Position numbers and translations under genes: made by a program
NCBI GenBank assembly: GCA_002083565.1
Contig: MSXM01000012.1
Span: forward strand, 956 to 64,955
Length of the DNA stretch: 64,000 nucleotides
Direction of reading: 5' to 3'
Source: Nitrospira sp. ST-bin4
GTDB lineage: Bacteria; Nitrospirota; Nitrospiria; Nitrospirales; Nitrospiraceae
Shown here: positions 63,389 through 64,000 of the stretch, in pieces
Numbering within the stretch: the first letter of the stretch is position 1
Layout of the letters: the number at the start of each line of letters is the position of its first letter
The notes under the pieces: generated by a model
Databases searched by the model: none
What the model saw: only the letters and a program-made list of their open reading frames with translations
What the model was told of the DNA's origin: nothing

Positions 63389-64000
63389 ATGTCGCAGATC
63401 CATCGTTTTTCTCAGCTCCCTGGCAGACGGACGGTCTCTTCCCCAAGTACTGTTTTGGTTCACGATTGTAAACCGTTGGCTAGGCATGCCCGTGGAACAT
63501 GGAGTCTTTCTTGCCGGCTGGTCGGAGTTGGATTGTGCCTTTCATTGATGGGTGGTCAGGCGTGGGGCCAGATCGAGACCGAACAGAAGGAAGGCCATAT
63601 AGCCATCGTCGCGGCGGGCTTCGGCTATCAGAACAGTATTGAGTCGACCATTACGGTCAAGGTGTACAATCCTGCCTCGGGCGAGGTGCTATCAGAAGAC
63701 GTGTATGAATTGAGCGTCAAAGAAGACAGTTTGGGCGGATCGAATGGCTCAGAGGGCCGCATTTTTGCCGGCGGGGTCGGTCTGGGTGCAACCGATCTCT
63801 CTAGTTTTATCGTCCGTGTATACGATGCAAAGACGGGTGAGTTCCAGTGGTCCGGGCGACTCAATCTCACGCCGGGCGAGGGGAGCGAGGCGGGACGTTT
63901 GATTTCCACCGTGGTGCCGCGCCGCGCCACCATCATGAAAATTCATGGCATCGACACCGCGGCGCAGTCGCCGCTATTTGTGCTGCGCGCCGTGGATGTG
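63389..64000 (+). CDS. probable exported protein, 5' part (runs off the window)
   Basis: ATG 63389 after AGGAGG, no in-frame stop found to the window end; LVGVGLCLSLMGGQAWG signal-like segment; repeated VKVYNPASGE / VRVYDAKTGE beta motifs. Confidence 0.75.
   Translation, partial: MSQIHRFSQLPGRRTVSSPSTVLVHDCKPLARHARGTWSLSCRLVGVGLCLSLMGGQAWGQIETEQKEGHIAIVAAGFGYQNSIESTITVKVYNPASGEVLSEDVYELSVKEDSLGGSNGSEGRIFAGGVGLGATDLSSFIVRVYDAKTGEFQWSGRLNLTPGEGSEAGRLISTVVPRRATIMKIHGIDTAAQSPLFVLRAVDV

Overview
This is a mostly housekeeping chromosomal region, very probably from a Nitrospira, judged by the N. defluvii-type chlorite dismutase between purB and purC and the overall gene style. In order: the S10-spc-alpha ribosomal cluster (rplC 3' end to rplQ, 1-14.9 kb), lptCAB-rpoN-hpf-rapZ, pilMNOPQ-aroB-nadE-glnB-glnA, and an accessory stretch at about 31-40.5 kb. 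After that come a GlnE split into two head-to-head genes, groEL-groES-rpoH, a rib/nusB/pur operon with inserted non-pur genes (cld, small proteins), and an uncharacterised operon at 59.7-63 kb. The most unusual part is 35.9-40 kb. It holds a diverged ~1 kb direct duplication in which each copy has a BrnA 3' end, an ~80 aa membrane protein with conserved promoter and RBS, and a ~330 bp non-coding block. That block is better conserved than the protein and shows compensatory base changes, so it is a candidate novel structured RNA. The duplication flanks a BrnT/BrnA toxin-antitoxin pair and abuts a stand-alone SIR2-family gene and a Fic remnant. Also notable: GlnD-type ACT domains fused to one GlnE half, two paralogous exported His-motif proteins, dispersed period-7 repeat arrays, a MITE-like element and a structured pilM leader. 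No rRNA, tRNA, CRISPR array, integrase or transposase was recognised. All assignments come from motif recognition and hand alignment; no searches were run.
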